Source of the DNA: an uncultured Candidatus Rokubacteria bacterium
Lineage (GTDB): Bacteria > Methylomirabilota > Methylomirabilia > Rokubacteriales > DASRDR01
Direction: 5' to 3'
Length of the DNA: 64,000 nucleotides
NCBI GenBank assembly: GCA_963708025.1
Contig: CAVPSB010000015.1
Span: 64,001 to 128,000 of the forward strand
Shown here: piece by piece, positions 22,086-32,860 of the stretch
Position numbering within the stretch: position 1 is the first letter of the stretch
Layout: each line of letters begins with the position of its first letter
Translations under genes and position numbers: made by a program
Notes under the pieces: generated by a model
Told to the model about the DNA's origin: nothing
Databases searched by the model: none
What the model saw: the letters and a program-made list of their open reading frames with translations, nothing else

Positions 22086-24083
22086 TCATGAGCCGATCTC
22101 GCCCCCATCCTGCTTCGTGATCACGACGACGGCCGGACGCGGCGGCACCCCCGGGCTGAAGTCCGGCCAGCGCGTCGTCGGCTTGTCGAAGGTCGAGCCC
22201 CGCTCTTCGCCCGGGTGCTGGACGGCCACGAAGAGCGTCCGGCCGTCCGGGGTGAGCACCGGCCCGCACACCTCGCCCCCCCGCGGCGCCGCAAAGAAGC
22301 GCCGGGTCACCGCCCGGCCGGGCCCGGCGGTGTCCGCCGCGTACAGTGCATCGGCAGCCGGCGGCTGGGCCTGGGTGGGCATGCCGTCGGTGGCGATCCA
22401 GATCCGACCCCGGGGGTCGAAGGCGACGTTGTCGGGGGCCGCCAGCCAGCCGCTCGGGGTGACGCCGGGCCCGTACTTCGACCCCTGCTCCGGCTTGCCC
22501 GGATCCCCGGCCAGGAGGAAGAACTCCCACCGGTAGCTGTCGGCGGTGTGGTCGGCCGCCCGCCCCGGCCCCCCGGGCGGGATCAGCTCGATGACGTGCC
22601 CCCACCGGTTGCCCGGCCGCGGATTGGCCGCATCGGCCCGCTCGCGCGCGTTGGGATCGTCCTTCGGCTTCCGCCGATCGTTGGAGGTGAGGACGATGTA
22701 GACTCGACCGCTGGCCGGGTTGGGCTCCACGTCCTCCGGCCGGTCCATCGGGGTCGCCCCGACCAGGTCGGCCGCCCGTCGCGCCTCGATCAGGACGTCG
22801 GCCTGGCTCTGGAAGCCGTTGGCCGGCCCGAGAGGTCCCTGGCCGTGAACGAGCGGGAGCCAGGTGACGGTCCCGTCTGCGTCGAACCGCGCCACCGACA
22901 GGGTCCCCTGGTCGAGCAGGTCGGCATTGGCCCGCCGGTCGCTCGGATCGAACCGGGCGGCGGTCACGAACCGGTACACGTACTCCCATCGCTCGTCGTC
23001 GCCCGAGTAGACGGCGACGCGGCCGTCGGGGGCTACCACCGTCGTGGCGCCCTCGTGCTTGAAGCGGCCGAGCGCGGTGCGCTTCACCGGCGTCGACTGG
23101 GGATCGTAGGGGTCGTACTCCACGACCCAGCCGAAGCGGTTGGGCTCGTTCGGCTCCTTCTCGACGTCGAAGCGCGGGAAGTAACGACCCCACGAGTTGT
23201 CCTGCCAGACCTCGACCCCGTACCGCCGGTGGTTGGCGGCCTCCGGCGTCTTCTTCGCGTCGCCCAGGAAGTAGCCGTTGAAGTTCTCCTCCCCCGACAG
23301 CACCGTCCCCCACGGCGTGACGCCGCCGGCGCAGTTGTTGAGCGTGCCGCGGACCGTGGTGCCGGCCGGGTCGGCCGCCGTGCGCAGCCGCGGGTGCCCG
23401 GCCGCGGGGCCGGCCAGGCGGAAGGCGGTGCCCTCGGTCGTGAAGCGGCGGTTGTACAGGCCGCCGGCCACGACCGCCCAGCGGCCGCCGGTCTTCCGGA
23501 CTTCCACGACCGTCAGGCCATGGGCCGCCAGGTCCACCTCGGCCTGCGCCTGCGTGAGGCCGGCGGGCCCGTTGTGCGGGCGGGTGAGGCCCGCGAACAT
23601 CAGCTCGGTATTCGTGTACTCGTGGTTGACGCAGAGGAGCCCGTGCTCCGAGCTCGGCGAGCCGGGCGGGAGCGGCATGTAGGCGAGGAAGTCGTTGTTG
23701 TAGCCGAGTTGCCCCGCCTGGGCGCCGGCGTCGAGCCTGGCCGGGTCGAACGGCGGCGCCCCGGCCAGCACCGGGTCGCCCCACCGGATCAGCACGTCGG
23801 CCGAGTAGCCCGGCGCCACGTGGTGGCGCTCGTCGAGCCCGTGGGGGATCTCGGTGAAGGTCAGGGTGGAGCCGCCGGCCGGCCCCTGGGCCTGCGCCCG
23901 CGTGGCCCGGCCGGCGGGCCAGGCCGCCGCGACCGTGGCCGCCACCAGGCCGCGCAGCAGCTCGCGGCGACCGAGCCGCGCGGCGATGACGTCCTGGATC
24001 GTGGGCGGCATGGGCCGCTCGACCCCGACATCTTCGGGCGCCACCTCGTCGGCCCAGGTCTCCTCGTCCCGCACCCTGTCCAT
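22086..24083 (-). CDS. phoX: PhoX family alkaline phosphatase (Tat-exported)
   Basis: RRELL Tat motif; VNHEY, NCAGGVTPWGTVLSGEEN, GRFKHEG, MDRPED, PDN, EVCGP, QHPGE. Confidence 0.93.
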   Translation of the reverse strand: MDRVRDEETWADEVAPEDVGVERPMPPTIQDVIAARLGRRELLRGLVAATVAAAWPAGRATRAQAQGPAGGSTLTFTEIPHGLDERHHVAPGYSADVLIRWGDPVLAGAPPFDPARLDAGAQAGQLGYNNDFLAYMPLPPGSPSSEHGLLCVNHEYTNTELMFAGLTRPHNGPAGLTQAQAEVDLAAHGLTVVEVRKTGGRWAVVAGGLYNRRFTTEGTAFRLAGPAAGHPRLRTAADPAGTTVRGTLNNCAGGVTPWGTVLSGEENFNGYFLGDAKKTPEAANHRRYGVEVWQDNSWGRYFPRFDVEKEPNEPNRFGWVVEYDPYDPQSTPVKRTALGRFKHEGATTVVAPDGRVAVYSGDDERWEYVYRFVTAARFDPSDRRANADLLDQGTLSVARFDADGTVTWLPLVHGQGPLGPANGFQSQADVLIEARRAADLVGATPMDRPEDVEPNPASGRVYIVLTSNDRRKPKDDPNARERADAANPRPGNRWGHVIELIPPGGPGRAADHTADSYRWEFFLLAGDPGKPEQGSKYGPGVTPSGWLAAPDNVAFDPRGRIWIATDGMPTQAQPPAADALYAADTAGPGRAVTRRFFAAPRGGEVCGPVLTPDGRTLFVAVQHPGEERGSTFDKPTTRWPDFSPGVPPRPAVVVITKQDGGEIGS

Positions 24084-24310
24084 GGATCCCTCCCTGTCGC
24101 GTGACTCGCCGCCGACGCTGCCTGCGGCGGCTTCCGGCCCGGCCGCCTCGCGCACGGGCGAAAACCGGGGCCCGGCGCCCCGATGATACCCATCTGCTCC
24201 ACGTTCGCCTAGGGGGCGTCGACCGCCACGACGCTGGCGATGCTGGAACGACTCGGCTATGCTCGAAGCCTCCGCGCTGCCCCGTCGTCGAGCTCTCACG
24301 GAGGTCGGTC

Positions 24311-24811
24311 ATGAGCGGGAAGGTCCGGATCTACATGGCGGGTCCGCTGGGCTTCTCCGAGGCCGGGCGCCACTTCCACAACTCCGCTCTCGTTCCCTTC
24401 GTGCAGCGCCTCGGGTTCGAGGTCGTCGATCCCTGGACGCTGACCGATCCGCGGAAGATCGAGGCGGTTCAGCGGATGCCGTACGGGCCGGAGCGACGCC
24501 ACGCGTGGCGGGAGCTCAACCGGGAGATCGGCACCAACAACCGGGCGGCCATCGACGGCGCGCGCGGCGTGGTGGCGGTGCTGGACGGCGTGGACGTGGA
24601 CAGCGGCACCGCGGCGGAGATCGGGTACGCGTTCGCGCGCGGCAAGCTCATCGTCGGCTATCGCGGGGACTTCCGCCTGAGCGCCGACAACGAGGGGAGC
24701 ATCGTCAATCTCCAGGTGGAGTACTTCATCCGGGAGAGCGGCGGCACCATCGTCGAGCGCTACGAAGACCTGGAGTCGGGCCTCCGGCCCCTGCGTCCCG
24801 GGCCTCCTTGA
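24311..24811 (+). CDS. Nucleoside 2-deoxyribosyltransferase family protein
   Basis: IYMAGPLGFSEA, DGVDVDSGTAAEIGYA, RGDFR, NLQV. Confidence 0.88.
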   Translation: MSGKVRIYMAGPLGFSEAGRHFHNSALVPFVQRLGFEVVDPWTLTDPRKIEAVQRMPYGPERRHAWRELNREIGTNNRAAIDGARGVVAVLDGVDVDSGTAAEIGYAFARGKLIVGYRGDFRLSADNEGSIVNLQVEYFIRESGGTIVERYEDLESGLRPLRPGPP

Positions 24812-24929
24812 ACGGCCGCCGGCGCCTCGTCGGCGAGAGCGGCGGCCGGAGAGCGACACCGCGCGCGGGGTTCCCGCCCGATCTCGCGTGTCGCGGGAAT
24901 CCGGGCGGCGGGAACCGGCGGCGCCCGAG

Positions 24930-27581
24930 ATGAATCCGGGCAAGAAGCGGCTTCTGATCGACGTCGGCTTCATCACGGGCCTGCTCGTGCTCTCGGCCGT
25001 CCCGCTCGTCGTCTGGCGTCACTCGCCATGGTTACACGAGACGCGCTTCGTGCTGGGCTACTGGACGGTGTGGCTCCTCGGGGCCGGCCTCTGGCCGGTG
25101 ATCCACCGGCGGATCGACAGCGCCTCGCCGCCGGGGAATCCCGACGAAAGGGCCACCGGGAAACCGCGTGCGCGAGCGGCATGGATCCGGACCGCCATCG
25201 AGACGATCCTGCTCGGTGGCCTCACCGGGGTGACCTTCCTCGATCCGGTGCGCCGGCACTTCTGGGGCGGATACGACGAGCCCAGCTCCAGCCTCGCCAG
25301 CGAAAAGGCGCGGATCTGGAGCCAGGCGTGGGACGGCGAGCTGGGTCGCCCGTTGCTCGGTCTGCCGGCCCTGCTCGGTCAGATCCTGACCCCGGATCGC
25401 ATCGAGGGGTTCCTCTGGCTGGCCGCCGCCCTCTGCTTCTTGAACAGCGTGCTGCTGATGGCCATCATCCGGCGCCTGCTGCCCGGGGCGCTCCTGGTGG
25501 CCGGCGTGGCGGCGGCGCTGTTCATCGCCAATCGGGCCGAGCCGTTGCTCTTCTTTCCGCTCTGGACGACCAACTTCTACTGGCTGGCGCTGTTCTGGCT
25601 GCTCCTCGCGCTCTGGCTCCTGCTGCTGTCCCACGATCGCCAGGAACGGGGCCTCCTGGTGGCGTCCTGCGCGAGCCTCGGCGCCGCGCTCCTGACGAAC
25701 GAGGGCCTGTTCCCCCTGGCCCTGCTGGGCCCCGTCCTCCTCTGGCTCCGGCGCCGGCGCGGGTCAGAGCTGCGGATCTGGAGCTATGCCTGGCTCGGGA
25801 CCATGGCGCTGCTGGCCGTCCGGTTTGGCGCCTACCTCCTGTCGCGTCCGGACAGCTCCTATCATGCCCGGCTGCTTGCCGAGGTCGTCGGGCCGACCGC
25901 GCTCTTCCACAACCTCACGGCTTGTCTGATGCTCGGGCTCGCCTACTTCCAGTGGCCGACGTCGCCGCGCGAATACTGGCTTTCGTGGCTCGCGGCCTTC
26001 GTCCTGGGGGCCGTCCTTCTGACCGGGGCGGCCCGGCTCCCCGAGGCGGGGGGGCGGCGGGGAGCGTACGGGCTGGGCCTGGGCGTGGCCGCCCTGGGGC
26101 TGCTCCTCGGCATCGCTCCCTTCGTGCATCTGAACACGCCGTGGCGGACGCAGTACTTCGCGGGCCCGGGTCAGGCCGCGTCGCTGGCGTTCGCGATCGG
26201 CCTGCTGGGGTCGGTCCTCCCGGGCTGGCGGGGCCGATGTGTGGTCGTGGCGATCACGGGCCTGCTGGTGGCCAACGCGACGGCCGCCTCGCTTCGGTCC
26301 CAGGACTCGTCCGGCGCGCTCGTCCGCTTCGAGAAGACGGCCCACATCTTCCGGCAGATCCACGCGCTCTCACCTCGCCTCGGCCGCGACACGCTGGTTC
26401 TGCTCGTTCTCGACGACGACGGCGGCGACACGCCACTGGGACCGAACTACCACGTCTGCGCTCTGTCCTGGATCGTGCTCGGCGAGCTGGCGACGCAGGC
26501 GCACTTCGACGATCCCCACCGGAACCAGCCGATTTTCGCGCGGGATGGCGTGGAGGTCCGGTGCCGGGATCTCTTCCAGTACACGTACGATCAGATCGTG
26601 GCCTTTCGCCTGGCGGCCGACGGCACTGTCAGCCTCCTGCTGCACCTTCCGTCGTCGCTGCTGCCGGCGGAGAGCCTGGCCGGGCACTATCGCCCGCTGG
26701 CCCGACTACGCCCGGGCTCGATCGACGAGCCGCGCTACCTGCGCTACCCCTCGTGGAGCGAGCGACCGGGGGATGTGCTGGAGACGGAAGACGGCGTGAT
26801 GCTCGGCGAAAACTGGAGCCCCGTGAGGCGCGAGGGGCGACAGATCTTCCGCTGGGCCGACCGGGACGCCGCCATCGCCGTGAATCCGGCGGGTCGCGAT
26901 CGGCGAACCATCGCGCTCGACGTGGAGCCCGGAGGCGATCTGAGCGGACGGGCGAGCGAGCTGCTCGTGCTCGATGGGACGGGCCGGGTCGTCGCCAGCG
27001 CTCGGCTGGACGGCGGCCGGCAGGTGGTTCCGCTCACGCTGCCTCTGGAGCCGAGCCAGGTGGCGGTGTTCCGGCTGCGGATCCGGCCCGGCGATCCCTC
27101 GGTCACGGGAGACGCCGCCGGGTGGTACCTCCGGGTGTTCGGTCCGGATCGCGGGAGAAGCGACGATCGCCGGGCGACCGACCGGGCGTCCGACATCGTC
27201 GAGCGCGATCTCTACCTACGGCTGGGCCGGAACTGGTATCCGCTCGAACGATTCGGGGGGCAGGCCTTCCGCTGGCTGAACGACGATGCCGAGATCCTCG
27301 TGGACCATCTCCCCCCTGGCGCCCTGGTCCTGGCGCTGGACCTGGCGCCGGGGCCGGGGCTCCGGGGACAGCCGTGCCGCCTCCGCGTGGCCGATGGGAG
27401 CGGGCGGGTCGTGGCCACGGCGAGCGCGCCGGGGCGCCAGGTGATCCGGGTCGCACTGACGATCACCGCGCAGCCCATGGAGGTCTTTCGGCTGCGGGTG
27501 GAGGGCGGAGGGTTCCCGACCGCCGGCGATCCCCGGATCCTGAACTGCCGGGTGTTCGCCGTCCGACGGCTCGGGAGCTAG
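24930..27581 (+). CDS. Large polytopic membrane protein (possible GT-C glycosyltransferase) with two C-terminal beta-rich repeats
   Basis: About 11 TM segments with luminal GGYDEP; duplicated LG.NW.P…FRW domain; adjacent to glycosylation genes. Confidence 0.6.
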   Translation: MNPGKKRLLIDVGFITGLLVLSAVPLVVWRHSPWLHETRFVLGYWTVWLLGAGLWPVIHRRIDSASPPGNPDERATGKPRARAAWIRTAIETILLGGLTGVTFLDPVRRHFWGGYDEPSSSLASEKARIWSQAWDGELGRPLLGLPALLGQILTPDRIEGFLWLAAALCFLNSVLLMAIIRRLLPGALLVAGVAAALFIANRAEPLLFFPLWTTNFYWLALFWLLLALWLLLLSHDRQERGLLVASCASLGAALLTNEGLFPLALLGPVLLWLRRRRGSELRIWSYAWLGTMALLAVRFGAYLLSRPDSSYHARLLAEVVGPTALFHNLTACLMLGLAYFQWPTSPREYWLSWLAAFVLGAVLLTGAARLPEAGGRRGAYGLGLGVAALGLLLGIAPFVHLNTPWRTQYFAGPGQAASLAFAIGLLGSVLPGWRGRCVVVAITGLLVANATAASLRSQDSSGALVRFEKTAHIFRQIHALSPRLGRDTLVLLVLDDDGGDTPLGPNYHVCALSWIVLGELATQAHFDDPHRNQPIFARDGVEVRCRDLFQYTYDQIVAFRLAADGTVSLLLHLPSSLLPAESLAGHYRPLARLRPGSIDEPRYLRYPSWSERPGDVLETEDGVMLGENWSPVRREGRQIFRWADRDAAIAVNPAGRDRRTIALDVEPGGDLSGRASELLVLDGTGRVVASARLDGGRQVVPLTLPLEPSQVAVFRLRIRPGDPSVTGDAAGWYLRVFGPDRGRSDDRRATDRASDIVERDLYLRLGRNWYPLERFGGQAFRWLNDDAEILVDHLPPGALVLALDLAPGPGLRGQPCRLRVADGSGRVVATASAPGRQVIRVALTITAQPMEVFRLRVEGGGFPTAGDPRILNCRVFAVRRLGS

Positions 27582-27691
27582 TGCCGTTCCAACTACATGA
27601 GCCAAAGTGGGGCAAGCGAAAGCGATTCTTGGAGCACGGACTTGCCGCATTCCTCGAAAGCACTAGCTGGAACAAGTTGGAACGGCACTAG
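27578..27691. mobile_element. MITE with 13-bp TIRs flanked by CTAG
   Basis: CTAG-TGCCGTTCCAACT (27578-27594) … AGTTGGAACGGCA-CTAG (27675-27691); lower-GC non-coding interior. Confidence 0.75.
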
Positions 27692-27693
27692 CC

Positions 27694-27751
27694 CCACGCG
27701 CCCCTCTGAACCCTCACCTCGACCCTCTCCCTGGAAGGGAGAGGGAGCGGA
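27694..27751. repeat. REP-like palindrome
   Basis: CCACGCGCCCC…CCCTCACCTCGACCCTCTCCCTGGAAGGGAGAGGGAGCGGA closely matches 9689-9746. Confidence 0.85.
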
Positions 27752-27782
27752 GTGGGACCGCCGACGACCTGGCCACGGGTGA

Positions 27783-28523
27783 TCAGCAGCGGGGCCGCCG
27801 GGCTCCGGGCAAGGCTCTCAGGCCCCACGGGTCCGCGAAGGGGAGGCGGGCCCGGGCGAGATTGACGAGGAACTGCAGGCAGGTCGTCCACCGGACGGTG
27901 GAGCGGCCCGTCTTGCGCGGCTCGAACTCGAGGTCGACCTCGCACACGGTCAGGTCGAGGCGCTGGGCCTTCAGGACGAGCTCGGCGTCGATGAAGTTGT
28001 CGGTGCTCCTGAGCTGGAGGGCTAGGTAGGCGTGGCGGGTGAGCAGCTTCGGGTGCCCGTTGACATCGTCGAAGGGAATGCCGAAGCAGATCCGCATCAG
28101 TGTGTTGTAGGCAGAGGAGACGACTGCTCGATGCCAGCCGTCCCGGCGCACCGTCCTGCGCCCTTTCCCGATGTCGGCCTTCGTCTCGTCCATTCGACGC
28201 AGGAGCCGTGACAGGACCATCGGGTTGACCTGTCCGTCGCCCGGCATGTATCCGACGATGTCCCCGGCGCATTCGGCGAGCCCCTGGAGGATGCCGTGGC
28301 CGAACCCCCGGTTGACCGGGACGACGACCACCCGCAGCGCCTTGTGCTCGCGCTCGAGGCGCGCGAGGATCTGCCCCGTCCGGTCCCCGGAGCCGTTCTG
28401 CACGGCGACGATCTCGAAGGAGACTCCGCTGCGCTCGAGCTCGCCACGGGCTCCGCCGACGACCTCCTCCACGCATTGCTCCTCGTTGTAGAAGGGGAGG
28501 ACGATCGACAGGAGCGGCGGCAT
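27783..28523 (-). CDS. Glycosyltransferase family 2 (DPM-synthase-like)
   Basis: SIVLPFYNEE, NGSGDRT, NRGFGHG, PGDGQ, FIDAEL. Confidence 0.88.
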   Translation of the reverse strand: MPPLLSIVLPFYNEEQCVEEVVGGARGELERSGVSFEIVAVQNGSGDRTGQILARLEREHKALRVVVVPVNRGFGHGILQGLAECAGDIVGYMPGDGQVNPMVLSRLLRRMDETKADIGKGRRTVRRDGWHRAVVSSAYNTLMRICFGIPFDDVNGHPKLLTRHAYLALQLRSTDNFIDAELVLKAQRLDLTVCEVDLEFEPRKTGRSTVRWTTCLQFLVNLARARLPFADPWGLRALPGARRPRC

Positions 28524-28542
28524 TCCGGGGATCCGGGAGGGG

Positions 28543-28601
28543 CTCAGTTCGGGACCTCCCTCCCACCCGGGCCGGACATCCCGATTCCTTCACACGCTCT
28601 C
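28543..28601 (-). repeat. Short (internally deleted) gene-junction repeat
   Basis: GAGAGCGTGTGAAGGAATCGGGAT is identical to 34663-34686; ends GGGAGGTCCCGAACTGAG like 34764-34781. Confidence 0.75.
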
Positions 28602-30319
28602 ACGTCCCCTCCAGGTCCAGCGGCTTAGCCAGGGGTTCCATCTGCGTCATGGGTCGACCGAACGCGATCTTCGGGTACGCGTTGGCGAACGTGTCGACGA
28701 CCACCTGGAGGAGGGAGGGAGACTCGGGCGCGCGCCACAGCCGCCCGATGGCGTCCGGCACGTCGGCGGCCTTCTCGACCGTGTCCGCCTCGAGGCCGTA
28801 GGCCTGGGCGACCCGGGCGAAATCCGGGGCCGAGTAGCCCCAGTAGGTGGACTGGTAGCGCCCGTCGAAGTAGCTCTCCTGGAACTGCCGGACCATGCCG
28901 TGGCAGCGGTTGTTGAGCACGACGATCTTCATCGGGAGCCGGTTCCGGACCACCGTCTCCAGTTCCTGGAGGTTCAGCTGGAAGCCGCCGTCCCCGGCGA
29001 TCAGGACGACCGGTCGGGGGGCCACGCCAGCGCGGCGCCGACGGCGGCGGGGAGGCCGAAGCCCATGGCGCCCATCCCGCCGGATGTCAGGAAGCGTTGG
29101 GTCCGATCCAGGTCCAGCGACTGGGCGGCCCACATCTGGTGCTGGCCGACGTCGGCCACGAACACCCCGGCCGCCGAGGATTGCGCCGCCAGCTCGTGCA
29201 TGAATTCATTCGGGTTGATGCCGTGGACGTCGGGGAGCTCCCCCGTGTCGGGCCACCGACGCTTCAGCGCGGCGATCGCCGCCGCCCACTCGAGCCGCTC
29301 CGGCAGGTCGGCCCGACCGCGGCCCGCGTGGCCTCGGCCAGGAAGGATGCCAGGTTGACGCACACGACCTGACAGCCCGTCACCCGGTTGTTGATCTCGC
29401 CGGGCTCGCAGTCCACGTGGTACACGACGCGATCGCCCTTGAAGGCGGCGGTGTCGGATCCGGTCTGCCGGATGTCGAGACGGCTGCCCAGCACCAGGAG
29501 GAGATCCGCCTCGCCGAGGGCGGTGTTGGCCCAGCGGTTCCCGTAGGTCCCGATCATCCCGACCCGCAGCGGGTCCGGGCCCGGAAGCGCGTCCATCGCC
29601 ATGAGGGAGTGGACCACCGGCACCTTCACCGTGGCCACGAAGCGTCGGAACTGATCGATCGCGCGCGCGGTCCGGATGCCGCCGCCGGCCAGGATGAGCG
29701 GGCGGCGCGACGCCCGGAGCGCCGCCAGCACGGCCTCGATCTCGGCGACGCCGGCGGGGGGGCTCGCCGCGGGCCCCACGCGCCGGGGGGGCTCGAGCGC
29801 CAGGTCGACGCGCTGCACGTCCATCGGGATGTCGACCAGGACCGGTCCGCGTCGCCCCGACAGCGCCAGCTCGAAGGCGCGCGCCAGCAGCGCCGGGACC
29901 TCCTCCGGCGATCGACACGGCCAGGCGGCCTTCGTGATGGGCTGGGCCATCGCGACGATGTCGGTCTCCTGGAACCCGAGCTGGCGGATGGCACGCGCGC
30001 CCTTCTGCTCGCTGCGGTTGACCTGGCCCGTGATGAAGACGGCCGGCGAGGAGTCGAAGTAGCAGCTGCCGACGCCGGTGAGCAGGTTGGTGGCCCCCGG
30101 TCCGCTGGTCGCCATGGCCACGCCGGGGATGCCCGTCAGCCGCGCCATCGCGTCGGCGGCGAAGGCGGCGGCCTGCTCGTGATGCGTGGAGACGAGGCGG
30201 ATCGACCCCTGGACGGCGATCGAATCGATCAGGTGGGCGATCATGCCGCCGACGACCTCGAAGACGTGCGTGACGCCCTGGCAGTCGAGGAACCGCGCGA
30301 CGTAGTCCGAGACCTTCAC
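28600..30319 (-). CDS. Thiamine pyrophosphate-dependent enzyme (acetolactate synthase-like, YerE-like), frameshifts ~29310 and ~29020
   Basis: HEQAAAFAA, TSGPGATN, GFQETDIV, DVGQHQMWAAQ, GAMGFGLP, GDGGFQLNLQEL…LNN. Confidence 0.85.
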
Positions 30320-31286
30320 GAGGGGGTCTCGCGGGCTCCGGACGACCGGACCGGAGCGCCACCGTCCGGTCCGAGCCGGGCCCGGTACCACTCGACGGTG
30401 GCGCGGAGGCCCTCGTCCAGCGACACCTTCGGTCGCCAGCCCGTCGCGGCCTGGAACCGGCCGATGTCGGCCTCCAGGCGCATGGGCTGCCCGGCCGGGT
30501 AGGGCAGCGCCCCGAGGCCGAGCGGGAGCGCCGGGTCGATCAGGTCGCGCAGGCGCTCGGCGATCTCGCGGACCCGGTGGGCTTCCCCGGAGGCGAGGTT
30601 GAAGAGGCCGTGCGCCCGCGAGCCGACGGCGGCTCGTAGACGGCGGCCGCCGCGTCCTCGACGTGGAGGTAGTCCCACCACTGCTCCCCCGCCGTCAGCG
30701 CGGGAGGTCGCCCGCGGAGAAGCTCGGCGATCACGGTCGGGATCAGCCGCGTCTCGGTGTCCTTCGGACCGTAGGTGGCGAGCAGGCGGAGCCAGATCGA
30801 GCGGATCCCGGCCGCCTCGCAGGTGGTCAGGGTCAGGAGGCCGACGCAGAGCTTCGTCACGCCATAGGCCGTGACCGGCCGGGCCGGCAGGTCTTCCCGC
30901 CAGGGGCCCGGCAGCACGCCGTACTCGGCCTGCGAGCCCAGGCCGACCCAGCACTCGCAGCCGGCCTCGAGCGTGATCTGGAGCAGGTGCAGGCTGCCGA
31001 CGACGTTGGCCTCGATCTGCGCCGACCGCTCCACGGCGGGATCCCACGCGCCGAGCCAGCCCAGGTGGAAGACGGTCTCCGGTCGGAAGTCCAGGAGCTC
31101 GGCTCTCACCCGATCGATGGCGTTCAGGTCCCCCCGGACGAGCCGGGCCTGGAGCGCGATGTCGGCGATCCGCCAGAGGTCGCTGTGCGGGCGCACCAGC
31201 AACGCCACCTGGTGGCCTTGCCGCACGAGGAGACGGGTGAGGTAGGAGCCGAGCTGGCCCGACGCGCCGGTCACCAGGCACCGCAC
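30316..31286 (-). CDS. NAD-dependent epimerase/dehydratase (NDP-sugar reductase), frameshift ~30630
   Basis: VTGASGQLG, GSQAEYG, YGVTK, DYLHVED; C-terminus FNLASG..GWRPKVSLDEGL lies in the 30316 frame. Confidence 0.85.
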
Positions 31287-31307
31287 GCTCGGGAGGCTCC
31301 GGTGTCC

Positions 31308-32663
31308 TTACACGACGGAGGGGGCCGCCGGGGCCCTCTCCGTCGATCTCAGCTCGAGGGCGGCGGCGTGCAGCACCTCGATCACGTAGTCGATCATGGG
31401 CGGGGTCAGACCCGGGTACACGCCGATCCAGAACACGGAGGTCAGGACGAAGTCGGCGTTCGCCAGGGCCCCGACCAATCGATGCCGCACGTCGCGGTAG
31501 GCGGGCTGGCGGAGCAGGTTGCCGCCGAACAGCAGACGGGTCGCGACCCGGCGATCCTCGAGATACCGGACCACGGCGTCTCGCGTGAACGGCGCGCCGG
31601 GCCGCACCGCGAGCGGAAAGCCGAACCAGGACGGGTCGGCGTGCGGCGTCGCGGCCGGGCGGACGAAGACGTCGTCCAGGTCCCGGAGCCCGGCCTGCAG
31701 CCGGGCGAAGTTCTCGCGCCGGGCCTGGATGAAGCCCGGGAGCTTGGCGAGCTGAGCCACGCCGATGGCCGCTTGCAGCTCGGTCAGCTTCAGGTTGTAG
31801 CCGATGTGCGCGTACGTGTACTTGTGATCGTAGCCGCACGGCAGGTCGCCCAGCCGCCAGTCGAAGCGCTTGCCGCAGGTGTTCTCCTGGCCGGGATCGC
31901 ACCAGCAGTCCCGTCCCCAGTCCCGGAAGGACTCCACCAGGGTCTTGAGCACCGGCTGGTCGGAGAGGACGCAGCCGCCCTCCCCCATGGTGATGTGGTG
32001 CGCGGGGTAGAAGCTCACCGTCGCCAGGTCGCCGAAGGTGCCGACGCTGCGGCCTCGGTAGGAGGCGCCCACCGCGTCGCAGCAATCCTCGATCAGCCAG
32101 AGGCCTCGGCGCCGGCAAAAATCGGTGACCGCGTCGAGGTCGAAAGGGTTGCCCAGGGTGTGGGCCAGCATGACCGCCCGTGTCCGGACCGACCACGCCG
32201 CCTCGAGCTGACGCACGTCGACGTTGTAGGTGGGGATGGTGACGTCCACGAACACCGGGACGAGCTGGTTCTGGACGATGGGATTCACCGTGGTGGGGAA
32301 GCCCGAGGCGACGGTGATCACCTCGTCGCCTGGTCGGAGACGCCGCTCGCCCAGCTTGGGCGACGTCAGGGCCGAGAGCGCCAGGAGGTTGGCGGACGAG
32401 CCGGAGTTGACCAGGACCGCATGACGGAGGCCGAAGAACCGGGCAAAGGCTTGCTCGAATTCGTCGGCGAAGCGGCCGGCGGTCAGCCAGAAATCCAGCA
32501 CGGCGTCGACCGCACCGGTCAGCTCGGCGCTGTCGAAGACCCGGGCGGCGTACGGGACCGGTGACCGCCCCGGGATGAAGGACGCGGGGGGAAAGGCCGC
32601 GGTGTAGTATTCTCGGACGAGCCGGAGGATGTGCTGGCGAAGCGCCTCGGCCTCACCGTTCAT
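31308..32663 (-). CDS. rfbH: CDP-4-keto-6-deoxy-D-glucose 3-dehydrase (E1)
   Basis: [29 protein letters not shown] (His in place of the PLP Lys), Fe-S motif RDCWC..NTC, GYNLK. Confidence 0.93.
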   Translation of the reverse strand: MNGEAEALRQHILRLVREYYTAAFPPASFIPGRSPVPYAARVFDSAELTGAVDAVLDFWLTAGRFADEFEQAFARFFGLRHAVLVNSGSSANLLALSALTSPKLGERRLRPGDEVITVASGFPTTVNPIVQNQLVPVFVDVTIPTYNVDVRQLEAAWSVRTRAVMLAHTLGNPFDLDAVTDFCRRRGLWLIEDCCDAVGASYRGRSVGTFGDLATVSFYPAHHITMGEGGCVLSDQPVLKTLVESFRDWGRDCWCDPGQENTCGKRFDWRLGDLPCGYDHKYTYAHIGYNLKLTELQAAIGVAQLAKLPGFIQARRENFARLQAGLRDLDDVFVRPAATPHADPSWFGFPLAVRPGAPFTRDAVVRYLEDRRVATRLLFGGNLLRQPAYRDVRHRLVGALANADFVLTSVFWIGVYPGLTPPMIDYVIEVLHAAALELRSTERAPAAPSVV

Positions 32664-32860
32664 GGGCAGCGACCCGATGATGCCGCGGGAGGGCGTCTCC
32701 GAGGGATTCGTGAAGGGGCGGAGACCTTCATGACGGGCATGACGGGCCGATCCGGCGACCCGCCGGCTCTCTCCGCACAGGCGGCGCGCCCCACGCGAGG
32801 ATTATGAGTATGCGGCTTTCGCGTGTCAAGGAAGGGACGGTCGGGTGAGCGGAGCCGGCG

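Noticed and set aside
32664-32860. TPP riboswitch upstream of the TPP-binding gene
   Set aside because: No CTGAGA or TAATxxxxGCGxAGG consensus; the region looks like an ordinary divergent promoter
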